A DNA stretch of 64,000 nucleotides from Acutalibacteraceae bacterium (GCA_045648145.1 JAZRNK010000026.1:9625-73624); one strand, 5' to 3'. Counted from the stretch's first letter, positions 36,558-46,776 are shown. Notes: a model not told the origin generated them from the sequence alone. Made by a program: numbers and translations.

Positions 36558-37100
36558 ATGAATAACATGTGCGGACGAAACAATATGAACGGTAATATGT
36601 ACAACGCACAAAATTATGCGTATCAGCCTGCAGGAAACGCTTCACTCACACCACAAAACACTACTACAAACACTTCCGGAATGACCGGAAGTATGATGAA
36701 TAACTGGTCAGATACAGACTCAGGTTATGTAACACAACCTAATATGCCATCACAATGGCATGACGGCCCAACAACACAGCGAATAAATCAAATACGAAAT
36801 ATGCCAATGAACGATATGAGTATCGGTAGCAACCAAACAATAAGCTTAACACCCGAAACTTTAACAAATACCGACTTTTTACCCGCATACCTAAGCAAAC
36901 ACGTCGGAAAATGGATCAGAGCAGAGTTTTTAATTGGCGGTTTTCTTGAGCAACGTGTCGGCGTATTATTTGAAGTGGGCGCAAGCTATATTATTATTAA
37001 ATCAATAGAACCCGAAACCTTGGTAGTTTGCGATCTGTTTTCTATCAGATTCGTAACGGTTGTATTAGATAACGACTTTCCTAAATTGATGTCATTTTAA
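36558..37100 (+). CDS. gerQ: GerQ-like spore coat protein
   Basis: N/Q/T-rich N-terminus and a conserved-looking C-terminal domain (GKWIRAEFLIGG...GVLFEVGASYIIIK). It lies immediately downstream of cwlJ, as in Bacillus. Confidence 0.55.
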   Translation: MNNMCGRNNMNGNMYNAQNYAYQPAGNASLTPQNTTTNTSGMTGSMMNNWSDTDSGYVTQPNMPSQWHDGPTTQRINQIRNMPMNDMSIGSNQTISLTPETLTNTDFLPAYLSKHVGKWIRAEFLIGGFLEQRVGVLFEVGASYIIIKSIEPETLVVCDLFSIRFVTVVLDNDFPKLMSF

Positions 37101-37105
37101 AGAGA

Positions 37106-37133
37106 AAACCCGTAAGAAACATCTTACGGGTTT
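37106..37133. terminator. bidirectional terminator at the convergence point gerQ -> <- recN
   Basis: AAACCCGTAAGA-aaca-TCTTACGGGTTT. Confidence 0.9.
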
Positions 37134-37135
37134 AA

Positions 37136-38800
37136 TTATTTATGACTATCTATCATTTCCTTAGCAGAAACAAACAGATTATCGGTAATATCTGTACCTG
37201 ACATAATACGGGCAATTTCGTTAACACGCTCATCACCGACAACATTTACTACATCAGTAAATGTATTACCGTTTGAAACAGACTTGCTGATAAGTAAATG
37301 ACTGTCTGCCGCACTCGCTATCTGTGCAAGATGCGTTACGCAAATTACTTGATATGTTTCAGATAAGCTTTTCATTTGCCTTCCGACTTTATCAGCCGCC
37401 TTACCGCTTATACCAGTATCAATTTCGTCAAAAATCAGCGTTTTTGCGTCGTTTATATTCGACATAACACTCTTAATTGCCAACATTATTCGTGAAAGTT
37501 CGCCGCCCGACGCAATTTTAGACAAAGGTTTTGACTCTTGGCCAATATTAGCTGAAATTAAAAATTCAACATTATCGCAACCGTTCAAGGTATAAATACC
37601 TTCTTGAAAATCTGCCATAAAGGTAACCTTGGGCATTTCCAAATACTTTAAAACATCACAAATTTTTTCGGAAAATTGTTTAGCAGTTTGTTTTCTACAT
37701 TCGGTTAAAACTGCTGCTTTTTCGATAAGTTCATCCTCTAAAGCATCTGATTTTTCCTCAAGCTCTAAAACAAGAGTATCACAGTTGATTATATTTTCAA
37801 TTTCCGTCTTGGCTGATTGTAGATATTCAAGTATTTTCTCTTCACTTCCGCCGTATTTACGCACAAGAGAATTTAACACATCAATCCTCTGTTCGCACTT
37901 GTCTAACTCTCCAACGTCAAATGAAACACTATCACAATATTCTCTTATCTGCATGGCAATATCATCAAGCTCTGATGACAGCTCAGTCATTTTTTCAGAA
38001 ACCTTTGTACCGTTGGGTAAAACGCTTGATATAGGCCCGAACAAATTAAAAGCTTGAGCCGCAAGTGTTATTGAACCTGAATTTTCATCATCACCTGCAA
38101 GTAAATCATAACAGCCTTGCAAAGCAACCTTTAGTTTTTCTGAATTTTTGATAATTTCTCTGCGTTTAATAAGCTCATCAAGTTCACCAACAGTAACATT
38201 CGCTGCTTCAATTTCATTAATTTGAAACTTTAAAAGCTCAGTTCTTCTTTGCTTTTCGTTTTCGTCGGTTTTTAAAGATTTCAACTTCTTTTTTACATCT
38301 TTTAATCTACTGTAGCAATCCTTATATACGGAAATTTTATCGTTATAATTTCCGAAGCTATCAATAAAACCGCAATGATTTTCAGGATTAAGCAAGGCCT
38401 GATTATCGTGTTGACCGTGGATGTTTACAAGCTTAAAACCGATTTCCTTCAAAACCGAAACGTTAACACTCACACCATTGATTTTACATACATTTTTACC
38501 GTCAGCATTAATAACACGTGTGATAATGAGTGTATCATCATCAAAAGAAACACCATACTCTGACAACAATTCTTTAACACTAATATCAACATCGTCAAAC
38601 AAAGCGGTAACAGTAGCTTTTGAGCAACCCGACCTAATGAGCTCTTTTGAGGTTCTTTGGCCTGTTACGGCATTTATTGCATCAATTATAATTGACTTAC
38701 CGGCTCCTGTTTCACCGGTCAAAACATTAAAGCCGCTGTCAAATTCAATATTACATTTTTCAATTATTGCTATATTTTCAATGTTCAGTGACTTTAGCAT
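37136..38800 (-). CDS. recN: DNA repair protein RecN
   Basis: 554 aa with Walker A GETGAGKS, a long coiled coil and the C-terminal SGGELSR signature plus FDEID. Confidence 0.95.
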   Translation of the reverse strand: MLKSLNIENIAIIEKCNIEFDSGFNVLTGETGAGKSIIIDAINAVTGQRTSKELIRSGCSKATVTALFDDVDISVKELLSEYGVSFDDDTLIITRVINADGKNVCKINGVSVNVSVLKEIGFKLVNIHGQHDNQALLNPENHCGFIDSFGNYNDKISVYKDCYSRLKDVKKKLKSLKTDENEKQRRTELLKFQINEIEAANVTVGELDELIKRREIIKNSEKLKVALQGCYDLLAGDDENSGSITLAAQAFNLFGPISSVLPNGTKVSEKMTELSSELDDIAMQIREYCDSVSFDVGELDKCEQRIDVLNSLVRKYGGSEEKILEYLQSAKTEIENIINCDTLVLELEEKSDALEDELIEKAAVLTECRKQTAKQFSEKICDVLKYLEMPKVTFMADFQEGIYTLNGCDNVEFLISANIGQESKPLSKIASGGELSRIMLAIKSVMSNINDAKTLIFDEIDTGISGKAADKVGRQMKSLSETYQVICVTHLAQIASAADSHLLISKSVSNGNTFTDVVNVVGDERVNEIARIMSGTDITDNLFVSAKEMIDSHK

Positions 38801-38809
38801 AATTTACCT

Positions 38810-39262
38810 CTATTTGATTAATTCTTTAATCATTTTAGTAAGCTCGGCGGCATCACCCTCGGAACGTACTATCACTAATATGGTATCGTCACCGGCTAAG
38901 GTTCCCAACACATTAGAACATTCCATCATATCAAGCGATGCACAAGCACCCTGTGCCATACCGGAATGACACTTTATGACAACATTATTAATAGCAAAAT
39001 CAACCGAAATAACCGAATGTGCAAAAATATCACGATATTGAAAATTTCTACCAGAAGAAGTGTTTTTGTTACTTGCGGCGTAACGGTAAATACCGTTTGC
39101 ATCTAAGACCTTAACAATTCTTAATTCCTTAATATCACGCGAAACAGTTGCCTGTGTGACATCAAAGCCTGATGAAACTAATGCCTTCTGCAGCTCATCC
39201 TGCGTTTCTATAGCGTTCTTTTCAATAAGCTCTAAAAGTTTGTTTTGGCGTTCTTTTTTCAT
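38810..39262 (-). CDS. argR: arginine repressor ArgR/AhrC
   Basis: Contains RQNKLLELI....I.TQDEL...L...G..VTQATVSRDIKEL and the C-terminal GTLAGDDTILV. Confidence 0.9.
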   Translation of the reverse strand: MKKERQNKLLELIEKNAIETQDELQKALVSSGFDVTQATVSRDIKELRIVKVLDANGIYRYAASNKNTSSGRNFQYRDIFAHSVISVDFAINNVVIKCHSGMAQGACASLDMMECSNVLGTLAGDDTILVIVRSEGDAAELTKMIKELIK

Positions 39263-39274
39263 ATTTTCAACCCC

Positions 39275-40105
39275 TTATTCGTTGCACATTTTCTTTGAAA
39301 AAACTTTATATACAGACATTTTATTTAACTTAATAAACTTTGCCTTAACATTAGCTATACTTAATTTTACAACACAATTATTGTCAAAAGTAAAACCGTT
39401 TCTACCATCTGCCGAAAGATTAACACTGTCATTTTTATCGTTAAAAAGCGTAATGGTTACGGATGTGCCATCATTGATTACCATAGACCTGTTAAGCAAA
39501 GTATGTGGACAAACGGGTGTCAAAATCATACAGTTTAATGAAGGGTCGATTATCGGCCCGCCTGCAGACATTGAATATGCAGTAGAACCCGTCGGCGTTG
39601 CCGCAATCAAACCGTCAGCTTTATAAGAAATAACATCATTATCAATAGAAAGCTTAAAGTTAATCATATTAATATGCATTGATTTTGCTAAAACAAAATC
39701 ATTTAAGCACAAAACCGAGTCACACAAGCTGCCGTCAACAAACTTTTCAGCTTTTAGCATTATGCGGTTTTCAACAATATAATCACCTGAAAATAATTTA
39801 TATAAATCATCTAAATTTCCAGCATCAATACTTGTCAAATATCCAAGCTTACCTGCATTAATACCAAGTACAGGTAGATTAAACATAGCCGCAATTTTTG
39901 CGACCTTTATCATAGTACCGTCGCCACCAACCGAAATAACTACATCAACATTCTTAAAATACTCATCAAGATTATCATTATTTAGGATAAATTCAAAATC
40001 AAGTTGTGTTACTGCAGCAGACTTTTTTTCTAAAATCTTAACAGCACGGTCGACAGTATTTTTACCGGTTAAATTTTCAGAGTTATAAACAATTAAAATG
40101 TTCAT
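39275..40105 (-). CDS. nadK: NAD+ kinase
   Basis: Contains the GGDGT motif (VISVGGDGTM) and TPTGSTAYSMSAGGP. Confidence 0.9.
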   Translation of the reverse strand: MNILIVYNSENLTGKNTVDRAVKILEKKSAAVTQLDFEFILNNDNLDEYFKNVDVVISVGGDGTMIKVAKIAAMFNLPVLGINAGKLGYLTSIDAGNLDDLYKLFSGDYIVENRIMLKAEKFVDGSLCDSVLCLNDFVLAKSMHINMINFKLSIDNDVISYKADGLIAATPTGSTAYSMSAGGPIIDPSLNCMILTPVCPHTLLNRSMVINDGTSVTITLFNDKNDSVNLSADGRNGFTFDNNCVVKLSIANVKAKFIKLNKMSVYKVFSKKMCNE

Positions 40106-40122
40106 AAATTCACCTCCGATAA

Positions 40123-40932
40123 TTATTTATCAAGCTCCAAATGTGATTTATTAACTATATTTTCAGCCGTTTCGCCCGATAAATTTTCTGAAATTTCACT
40201 TTTTTGTATGTAAATCAAATATTCAATATTACCCTCAGGACCTTTAATGGGTGAAAAGTCAAGACCTAATACAGAAAAACCGTTAAATAAAACCATATCT
40301 ATAATTTTTTGAACGGTTTCGATATGGATTTTTTTATCTCGTACAACGCCTTTTTTACCAACGTTTTCTTTACCTGCTTCGAACTGTGGTTTTATTAAGC
40401 AAACCGCTCTTCCCTCTTCTGACAACAAAGTTTTCATAACAGGAACTATTAACGATAAAGAGATAAAAGAAACATCCACCGAAGCAAAATCTAATTCATC
40501 AGGAACTTGTTCTTTGGTAACGTATCTGAAATTTGTCCTTTCAAGATTTACAACTCTTTCATCAGTACGCAGCTTCCAAGCAAGTTGACCGTAACCGACG
40601 TCAATAGCATAAACCTTTTTAGCTCCATTTTGAAGCATACAGTCAGAAAAACCGCCGGTTGAGGCACCAATATCGGCGCAAATATAACCGTCAAGCTTTA
40701 AATCAAAGGAACTTATAGCTTTTTCAAGCTTTAAGCCTCCCCTGCTGACATATTTTAACGGATTACTCCTAACCTCAATAACGTCGTCGGCTTTAACCGT
40801 CATACCGGCCTTATCAGCCTTCTGATTATTAACATAAACAACGCCTGCCATTATTAAGGTTTTGGCTTTTTCCCTGCTTTCGCAAAAACCTTGTTCAAAA
40901 ACGGCACTATCTAACCTTTTTTTATCTGTCAA
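40123..40932 (-). CDS. tlyA: TlyA-family rRNA (cytidine-2'-O)-methyltransferase
   Basis: N-terminal S4 domain and an FtsJ-like SAM motif (DIGASTGGFSDC). Confidence 0.9.
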   Translation of the reverse strand: MTDKKRLDSAVFEQGFCESREKAKTLIMAGVVYVNNQKADKAGMTVKADDVIEVRSNPLKYVSRGGLKLEKAISSFDLKLDGYICADIGASTGGFSDCMLQNGAKKVYAIDVGYGQLAWKLRTDERVVNLERTNFRYVTKEQVPDELDFASVDVSFISLSLIVPVMKTLLSEEGRAVCLIKPQFEAGKENVGKKGVVRDKKIHIETVQKIIDMVLFNGFSVLGLDFSPIKGPEGNIEYLIYIQKSEISENLSGETAENIVNKSHLELDK

Positions 40933-42777
40933 TTAAATTACCTCTTTGATTAATTTAACAATCGATTCAGTATCCAAAGAATACACTTTTCTTTGATTTT
41001 GAACCTTTGCGTGTTTAACAAAACCGTCAATAGCGTGTGGATAATAGTTACCTTTATAGCCTTTAGACAGCAAACAAAAGCCAACACGCTCGGCAACACC
41101 GCCGTTTTTAACACCTTCCTCGAAGAAGAAAATATTATCGTATTTTACAAGTGTTTCAAACAAAGTATCAGATAAAGGATTTAAAACATTAAGTTTGACT
41201 ACTGTTATCTCTTTACCCTGTTTATCAAGTATTGTTTTAGCGTTAAAAGCTTCAGCAAAGGTCGTACCGTAAGTAACCACAGCAGTTTTGGATGAACCGA
41301 AAACCGAAAATTCACCACTAAAATCGAAATTGCTAATCACTTCATACTCGCAGCCTTTAGGATAACGGATAACGGCTACTCCCTGCGGATTTTCAAGTCT
41401 GTTTTTCAAAATGGTACACAGTTCATTATAGGTTGAAGGTGAATATATTTTTACGTTGGGAACAGTTGACAAAAAAGCCACATCAAAAAGACCTTGATGT
41501 GTTTCACCATCATCACCAACAAAGCCTGCACGGTCAACAGCAAAAGTAACAGGCAAATTAGCAATGGCGACATCGTGTATAATCTGGTCATATCCTCGCT
41601 GTAAAAAGGTAGAATAAACCGCAAATACAGGCTTAAATCCTTTTTGTGCCAATCCTGCCGCAAAGGTAACAGCATGTTCCTCCGCAATTCCAACATCGAA
41701 AAAGCGTGACTTGAACTGTTGCGAAAAGCCATAAAGACCGGTACCCATAGTCATAGCCGCTGTAATAGCGCAAATTTTATCATCGTTAGCGGCTAATTTG
41801 CAAAGTTCTTCACCAAAAACATGAGAAAAATCGGTTTTATTTGTTTTAGTAACACCGTTTTCAACATCAAAGCTGCCAACACCATGGTACAGTCCCGGAT
41901 TAGTTTCGGCAGGCTTATATCCCTTTCCTTTAACGGTCTTAACATGTATAAGCACCGGTCTGTTCTGCTCTTTAGCTATATTTAAAACATCGGTAAGACT
42001 GTCTATATTATGACCGTCAATCGGTCCCATATAGTAAAAGCCTAACGACTCAAAAATGTTACTATCGTAGATAGCATTTTTGAGCATAGCCTTAATTTTA
42101 AACACAAAAGAACGCAGTTTTTTACCAATAAACGGTATTTTTAAGAGAAAATTTTCAACGCCTGATTTAAACTTAAAATAACGGCGGCGTGTACGAATTT
42201 TACTTAAATGCTTTGATAAAGCTCCACGGTTAGCCGATATTGACATTTTGTTATCGTTTAAAATAACGATAAAATTTTTATCTTTCTTATTTACATTGTT
42301 AAAGGCTTCATAAGCCATACCGCCCGTAAGCGCACCATCACCAACAACGGCAACAGAATAATGATTGTTGTTTAACAGTTCGTTAGCTTTAACAACACCA
42401 TATGCCGACGAAACTGAAGTACTGCTGTGTCCCGAAACAAAAGAATCGTGTTGGCTCTCATCAGGACGCATAAAGCCGGACAAACCGCCTTCGGTACGGA
42501 TAGAACAAAAATCATTATATCGTCCTGTAAGCAGTTTATGGGTATAACACTGATGACCGACATCAAACAAAATAAGGTCATCAGGCGAATTGAACACCTT
42601 GTGTAATGCAACGGTAAGTTCAACCGTTCCTAAGTTTGCAGCCAAATGACCACCGTTTTTAGAAACCGTGTTAATTATACAGTCGCGTATTTCATCACAT
42701 AAAACAAGCGTTTCTTCATTATTCAGTTTTTTAACATCTAAAGGACCTTCAATCCTATTTAAAAAACTATAATTCAT
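40933..42777 (-). CDS. dxs: 1-deoxy-D-xylulose-5-phosphate synthase
   Basis: Contains GGHLAANLGTVELT, GHSSTS, GDGALTGGMA and ITAAM. ATG 42777 is preferred over the upstream TTG. Confidence 0.95.
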   Translation of the reverse strand: MNYSFLNRIEGPLDVKKLNNEETLVLCDEIRDCIINTVSKNGGHLAANLGTVELTVALHKVFNSPDDLILFDVGHQCYTHKLLTGRYNDFCSIRTEGGLSGFMRPDESQHDSFVSGHSSTSVSSAYGVVKANELLNNNHYSVAVVGDGALTGGMAYEAFNNVNKKDKNFIVILNDNKMSISANRGALSKHLSKIRTRRRYFKFKSGVENFLLKIPFIGKKLRSFVFKIKAMLKNAIYDSNIFESLGFYYMGPIDGHNIDSLTDVLNIAKEQNRPVLIHVKTVKGKGYKPAETNPGLYHGVGSFDVENGVTKTNKTDFSHVFGEELCKLAANDDKICAITAAMTMGTGLYGFSQQFKSRFFDVGIAEEHAVTFAAGLAQKGFKPVFAVYSTFLQRGYDQIIHDVAIANLPVTFAVDRAGFVGDDGETHQGLFDVAFLSTVPNVKIYSPSTYNELCTILKNRLENPQGVAVIRYPKGCEYEVISNFDFSGEFSVFGSSKTAVVTYGTTFAEAFNAKTILDKQGKEITVVKLNVLNPLSDTLFETLVKYDNIFFFEEGVKNGGVAERVGFCLLSKGYKGNYYPHAIDGFVKHAKVQNQRKVYSLDTESIVKLIKEVI

Positions 42778-42793
42778 AAACAATCCCTAACAA

Positions 42794-43660
42794 TTATTTT
42801 TTTCGTTGTGCTAACTCCAACGCGAAGTTTTTAAGTCCTTCGGCAGACTCTCCAAAGCAATCAAGACATTTTATTGCCTCAGCAGTTAATCTATCAACCT
42901 CTGCTTGTGCTTTTTCAAGCCCAACATAAGATACATAGGTGGATTTATTTGCTTCACTGTCACTGCCTATCGGTTTTCCTAAAACCTCACTTGTGCTTGT
43001 AATATCAAGAATATCGTCCATTATCTGAAATGCTAAGCCTAAATTTTCGGCAAATTTAGCAGCAGCATTGATTTGGTCATCATCAGCTTTGCCGATAATA
43101 CAACCGATTTTAGCAGCCGCAACCAACAACGCACCTGTTTTTAACCTATACATTTCTAAAACTGACGGAAGGGGTGCTTTAATATTTTCATATTTTAAAT
43201 CAATGACCTGACCGCCTATCATGCCGTTAATTCCCGCGCATTCAGCTAAAACCTTTGCAGCCTTTAAAACGGCATTTGCATCGACATCTTTGGTAGATAA
43301 TGCGATATTAAACGCTTCGGTAAGTAATGCATCACCGGCAAGCAAAGCCGTCGACTCACCAAACGCTATATGGCAGGATGGCTTACCTCGGCGAAAATCG
43401 TCGTTATCCATACACGGAAGGTCGTCATGTATCAAAGAGTACGTGTGTATCATTTCGAGCGCACAGGCAAAATTTAAAGCCTTTTCAGGCACATTGCCGC
43501 TTACTCTCGTAAACTCCATCATCAAGCACGGTCTGATTCTTTTACCACCTGCAGACAAGCTATATAAAACTGCATCATTAAGACTACTGTATTCGCTATT
43601 TTTATTTGCAAAAATGTCTGCAAACGAATTTTCAATTAAAGGAATATAATTTTCAAACAT
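42794..43660 (-). CDS. ispA: polyprenyl (farnesyl/geranylgeranyl) diphosphate synthase
   Basis: The FARM motif is LIHDDLPCMDNDDFRRGKP and the SARM motif is FQIMDDILD. Confidence 0.9.
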   Translation of the reverse strand: MFENYIPLIENSFADIFANKNSEYSSLNDAVLYSLSAGGKRIRPCLMMEFTRVSGNVPEKALNFACALEMIHTYSLIHDDLPCMDNDDFRRGKPSCHIAFGESTALLAGDALLTEAFNIALSTKDVDANAVLKAAKVLAECAGINGMIGGQVIDLKYENIKAPLPSVLEMYRLKTGALLVAAAKIGCIIGKADDDQINAAAKFAENLGLAFQIMDDILDITSTSEVLGKPIGSDSEANKSTYVSYVGLEKAQAEVDRLTAEAIKCLDCFGESAEGLKNFALELAQRKK

Positions 43661-43671
43661 TTACACACCTA

Positions 43672-43860
43672 TTATTCACTATAATCAGAAAGTTTTTCAA
43701 TTTTTTGTTTGGCATCCTCAAGCTGTTTTTTACACTTTGCCGAAAGCTCGGTGCCTTTTGAAAAAAGCTCAATAGATTCGTCTAAACTGCAATCACCGGA
43801 TTCAAGCTTTTGAACAATCTTTTCAAGCTCTGCTAAATTATTTTCAAATGAATTACTCAT
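43672..43860 (-). CDS. xseB: exodeoxyribonuclease VII small subunit
   Basis: Contains FENNLAELEKIVQKLESGDCSLDESIELF. ATG 43860 sits 1 nt after the xseA stop. The longer track ORF would overlap xseA. Confidence 0.85.
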   Translation of the reverse strand: MSNSFENNLAELEKIVQKLESGDCSLDESIELFSKGTELSAKCKKQLEDAKQKIEKLSDYSE

Positions 43861-43861
43861 A

Positions 43862-45073
43862 TCAAGCATTCCTTTCAACACTTTTAACAACACATTCTGC
43901 TTTGCCATCTGACAAAATCAAGTCTAATGAATCGTTCTCTGATAAGCTATCAACAGTTTTAACTGCTTTGCCGTCTTTTTCGGCAATAGCGTAACCTCTT
44001 AACAAAGTCTTAGCAGGATTTAAAGCATCCAATTTAGAAGTAAAATTGATTAATTTAACTGAGGTTTCAGAATAAACATTTGAAAAACTGTTGGTAAGCT
44101 TTGAATAGAGGTTATCAAGCCTTATCGACAGCATTTCGGTAAAGTAATTCTTATCACATATAACCTTACTTTTCGATAAAATGTTGTAGACCTCAACGCC
44201 GCGATTATATTTAGAAAACATAGCGTTATATGCTCTGTCGTTCAACGATTTAATGTTTAAAACAAATTCGTTAATATCTGGCACAGCCAATTCTGCCGCA
44301 GCAGACGGTGTAGGAGCACGAAGGTCTGCTGCAAAGTCACAAATCGTAAAATCTGTTTCGTGGCCTACAGCCGAAATTACAGGGATATTAGAGGCATATA
44401 TGTTACGTGCAAGTTGTTCATCATTAAAACACCACAAATCCTCAACCGAGCCACCACCGCGACCGACAATTATCAAATCACAATCGGTACAGTTGTTTAC
44501 GTCATTTATTGCCTTGATAATCTGATTTGCGGCCAAATCACCCTGAACGGAAACAGGACACAAAACAACCGACGCTATCGGCCATCTACGTTCCAAAATC
44601 GTTAGCATATCGTGAACAGCAGCACCCGTTGCAGACGTAATAACAGCAATTTTTTTAGGGAACTTTGGTAAAGGACGATTGTTGTTAAAAACACCTTCTT
44701 TTAAAAGCTTTTCCTTTAACTGTTGAAAAGCCAAAGCAATACTACCGGCACCATCAGGTTGAAGCTCGGTAATATAAAGCTGATACTGTCCCTCTTTCTC
44801 GTAAACGCTTATATATCCACGACATATTACCTTCATACCGTCTTGTGGCAAAAACTTTAAATTTACGGCGTTGCTTTTGAACATTACCGAACGAACAGCA
44901 GCGCCCTCATCTTTTAAAGAAAAATAAATATGACCGCTAAACGAATTGATTTTCAGATTTGAAATTTCACCACTGACAAAAACGTTTTTAAGGTTATTAT
45001 CATCGTCTAATATCGAACGGATGTACTTATTAAGTTGTGAAACAGTAATCAAAGTACCGTTCAAATAAATCAC
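43862..45073 (-). CDS. xseA: exodeoxyribonuclease VII large subunit
   Basis: Has an OB-fold N-terminus and GRGGGSVEDLW. The true start may be the TTG at 45064. Confidence 0.9.
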   Translation of the reverse strand: MIYLNGTLITVSQLNKYIRSILDDDNNLKNVFVSGEISNLKINSFSGHIYFSLKDEGAAVRSVMFKSNAVNLKFLPQDGMKVICRGYISVYEKEGQYQLYITELQPDGAGSIALAFQQLKEKLLKEGVFNNNRPLPKFPKKIAVITSATGAAVHDMLTILERRWPIASVVLCPVSVQGDLAANQIIKAINDVNNCTDCDLIIVGRGGGSVEDLWCFNDEQLARNIYASNIPVISAVGHETDFTICDFAADLRAPTPSAAAELAVPDINEFVLNIKSLNDRAYNAMFSKYNRGVEVYNILSKSKVICDKNYFTEMLSIRLDNLYSKLTNSFSNVYSETSVKLINFTSKLDALNPAKTLLRGYAIAEKDGKAVKTVDSLSENDSLDLILSDGKAECVVKSVERNA

Positions 45074-45081
45074 ACCTTAAA

Positions 45082-45480
45082 TCAAATTGTTTTGACTATT
45101 GTACCAAGAACACCATTTACAAAGGATGCATCATCCTTGGTTGAATACTTTTTGCAAAGCTCGACCGCCTCGTCGATAGAAACCGCAGTAGGAATGTCAT
45201 CAATATAAAGAATTTCAAAAACGGCAAGGCGCAACAACGATAACGAAACCTTAGAAATTCTGCTAATAGTCCATCCGGTAAGGTTTTTAGAGATTAACTC
45301 GTCAATCTTCTCAATATTATCAAAAGTACCTGCAACGGCTGAAACCACATAACCGTCACCGTCTTCTAAAAAATCTCTGCTTTCCTTTGCAAGCGAAATC
45401 AACTCATCAACATCATATTGATTAAAGTTTTTTTCAAAAATCAAAATAAATGCCTGTTCTCTTGCTTCTTTTCTTGTCAT
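45082..45480 (-). CDS. nusB: transcription antitermination factor NusB
   Basis: Contains MTRKEAREQAF..IF and the C-terminal FVNGVLG. ATG 45480 follows GGTGGTG. Confidence 0.9.
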   Translation of the reverse strand: MTRKEAREQAFILIFEKNFNQYDVDELISLAKESRDFLEDGDGYVVSAVAGTFDNIEKIDELISKNLTGWTISRISKVSLSLLRLAVFEILYIDDIPTAVSIDEAVELCKKYSTKDDASFVNGVLGTIVKTI

Positions 45481-45639
45481 AGCTAACACCACCAACAAAT
45501 ATTCATTTGTATGTATTTTTATTCATTTTATATAATACTACAATATAATCTATATTTCAAGATTATAATTGACGATTACTTGACAAAAAGATTAAATTAA
45601 TGTATATTTTTCATATAAAATTTGTGGAGTTGAAAACAA

Positions 45640-46209
45640 GTGTCTACTAAATTCAGAAACAGTTTTTTCGGTTTTAATAAAGAAGACGTACTCACCTACG
45701 TTGTTTCTACCAGAGAAAAAGAAAATACTCTCTCAACAAAAAACGAGGCTTTGTCTAAAGAATTAGATAAAGTCAAGACACTCTATGCAGAGCTTTTAGA
45801 TAACTTTAACGAACTTAACGATAAATACAATTTAGCTCAAGATGAGTTAACCGATTACAGAAACCGTGAAGAATCGCTTACAAGAATAAGTGAAGGTATC
45901 GGCAAGCTATACTTGGTTGCTCAAACTAACGCTAAAACTATTATAAATTCCGCAAAAGAAAACGTCGAAATTTCCTCAAAAGCTGTTGACAATAATTTGG
46001 AAATGGCAAGCGCAGCTCAGACAGATTTTGACGAAATTAATGCATCTTTAAACGAAAAAGCTAAGGCATTCACGGAAGAAATCAATATGCTTCGTGCAAG
46101 ACTTGATGAAACTAAAGCTACTATTGAAAAAAACACCTCGGTTATAGAAAAATCCGAGACTCAACTTGATACACTTATTGAAACCGTTGAAATGGAAGTT
46201 TCTAAATGA
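45640..46209 (+). CDS. DivIVA-domain coiled-coil protein
   Basis: The N-terminal F..SFFGFNKEDVLTYV resembles the DivIVA F.R.FRGY..EEV motif. The remainder is coiled coil. Confidence 0.55.
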   Translation: MSTKFRNSFFGFNKEDVLTYVVSTREKENTLSTKNEALSKELDKVKTLYAELLDNFNELNDKYNLAQDELTDYRNREESLTRISEGIGKLYLVAQTNAKTIINSAKENVEISSKAVDNNLEMASAAQTDFDEINASLNEKAKAFTEEINMLRARLDETKATIEKNTSVIEKSETQLDTLIETVEMEVSK

Positions 46210-46739
46210 AAGCCTTATACATAAACACCTCTGACTTCCCTGCTGCAGCTAACGACATAAATGCAGGTGATAAAGTTTATCTTTCGGGCACTGTGTATAC
46301 CGCACGTGATGCTGCACATAAAAGAATAATCGAATGTATAAATAATAATTCTTCCTTGCCATTTGATTTGAACGGCGCAACCATTTACTATGCAGGACCT
46401 ACGCCTACACCTGAAGGCTTGACCATCGGTAGTTGCGGTCCAACCACTTCCGGCAGAATGGACTGTTTTACTCCTACCCTGCTTGATTTAGGTCTTGCTT
46501 GTATGATCGGTAAAGGCGAACGAAATGTGGCGGTTTGTAATTCTATAATAAAAAATAAGGCCGTTTACCTGTGTGCCATCGGCGGCGCAGGTGCGTTAGC
46601 TTCAAAGTGCATCACAGCTTGTGAGGTAATAGCTTTTAATGACCTTGGATGTGAATCGGTCAAAAAACTTGAATTTAAGGATTTTCCCCTAATTGCAGCT
46701 ATTGACTGCCATGGCGGTAATCTTTTTAAAACAGAATAA
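46206..46739 (+). CDS. Fe-S type hydro-lyase (class I fumarate hydratase / tartrate dehydratase) beta subunit
   Basis: Contains GTVYTARDAAHKR, YYAGPTP, GPTTSGRMD and GKGER. ATGA overlap with the upstream gene. Confidence 0.85.
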   Translation: MKALYINTSDFPAAANDINAGDKVYLSGTVYTARDAAHKRIIECINNNSSLPFDLNGATIYYAGPTPTPEGLTIGSCGPTTSGRMDCFTPTLLDLGLACMIGKGERNVAVCNSIIKNKAVYLCAIGGAGALASKCITACEVIAFNDLGCESVKKLEFKDFPLIAAIDCHGGNLFKTE

Positions 46740-46747
46740 AAAATAAC

Positions 46748-46776
46748 TTGACATATTGAAGTTTTAAATCTATAAT
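46748..46776 (+). promoter_or_regulatory. consensus sigma-A promoter TTGACA-17-TATAAT driving tRNA-Ser with a leader of about 115 nt
   Basis: Both hexamers match the consensus exactly, with a 17-nt spacer. Confidence 0.7.

Noticed and set aside
38421-39626. 182-aa and 156-aa + strand ORFs
   Set aside because: They are antisense to recN, argR and nadK, which all have clear family signatures. They are Ser/Leu/Ile-rich shadow ORFs.
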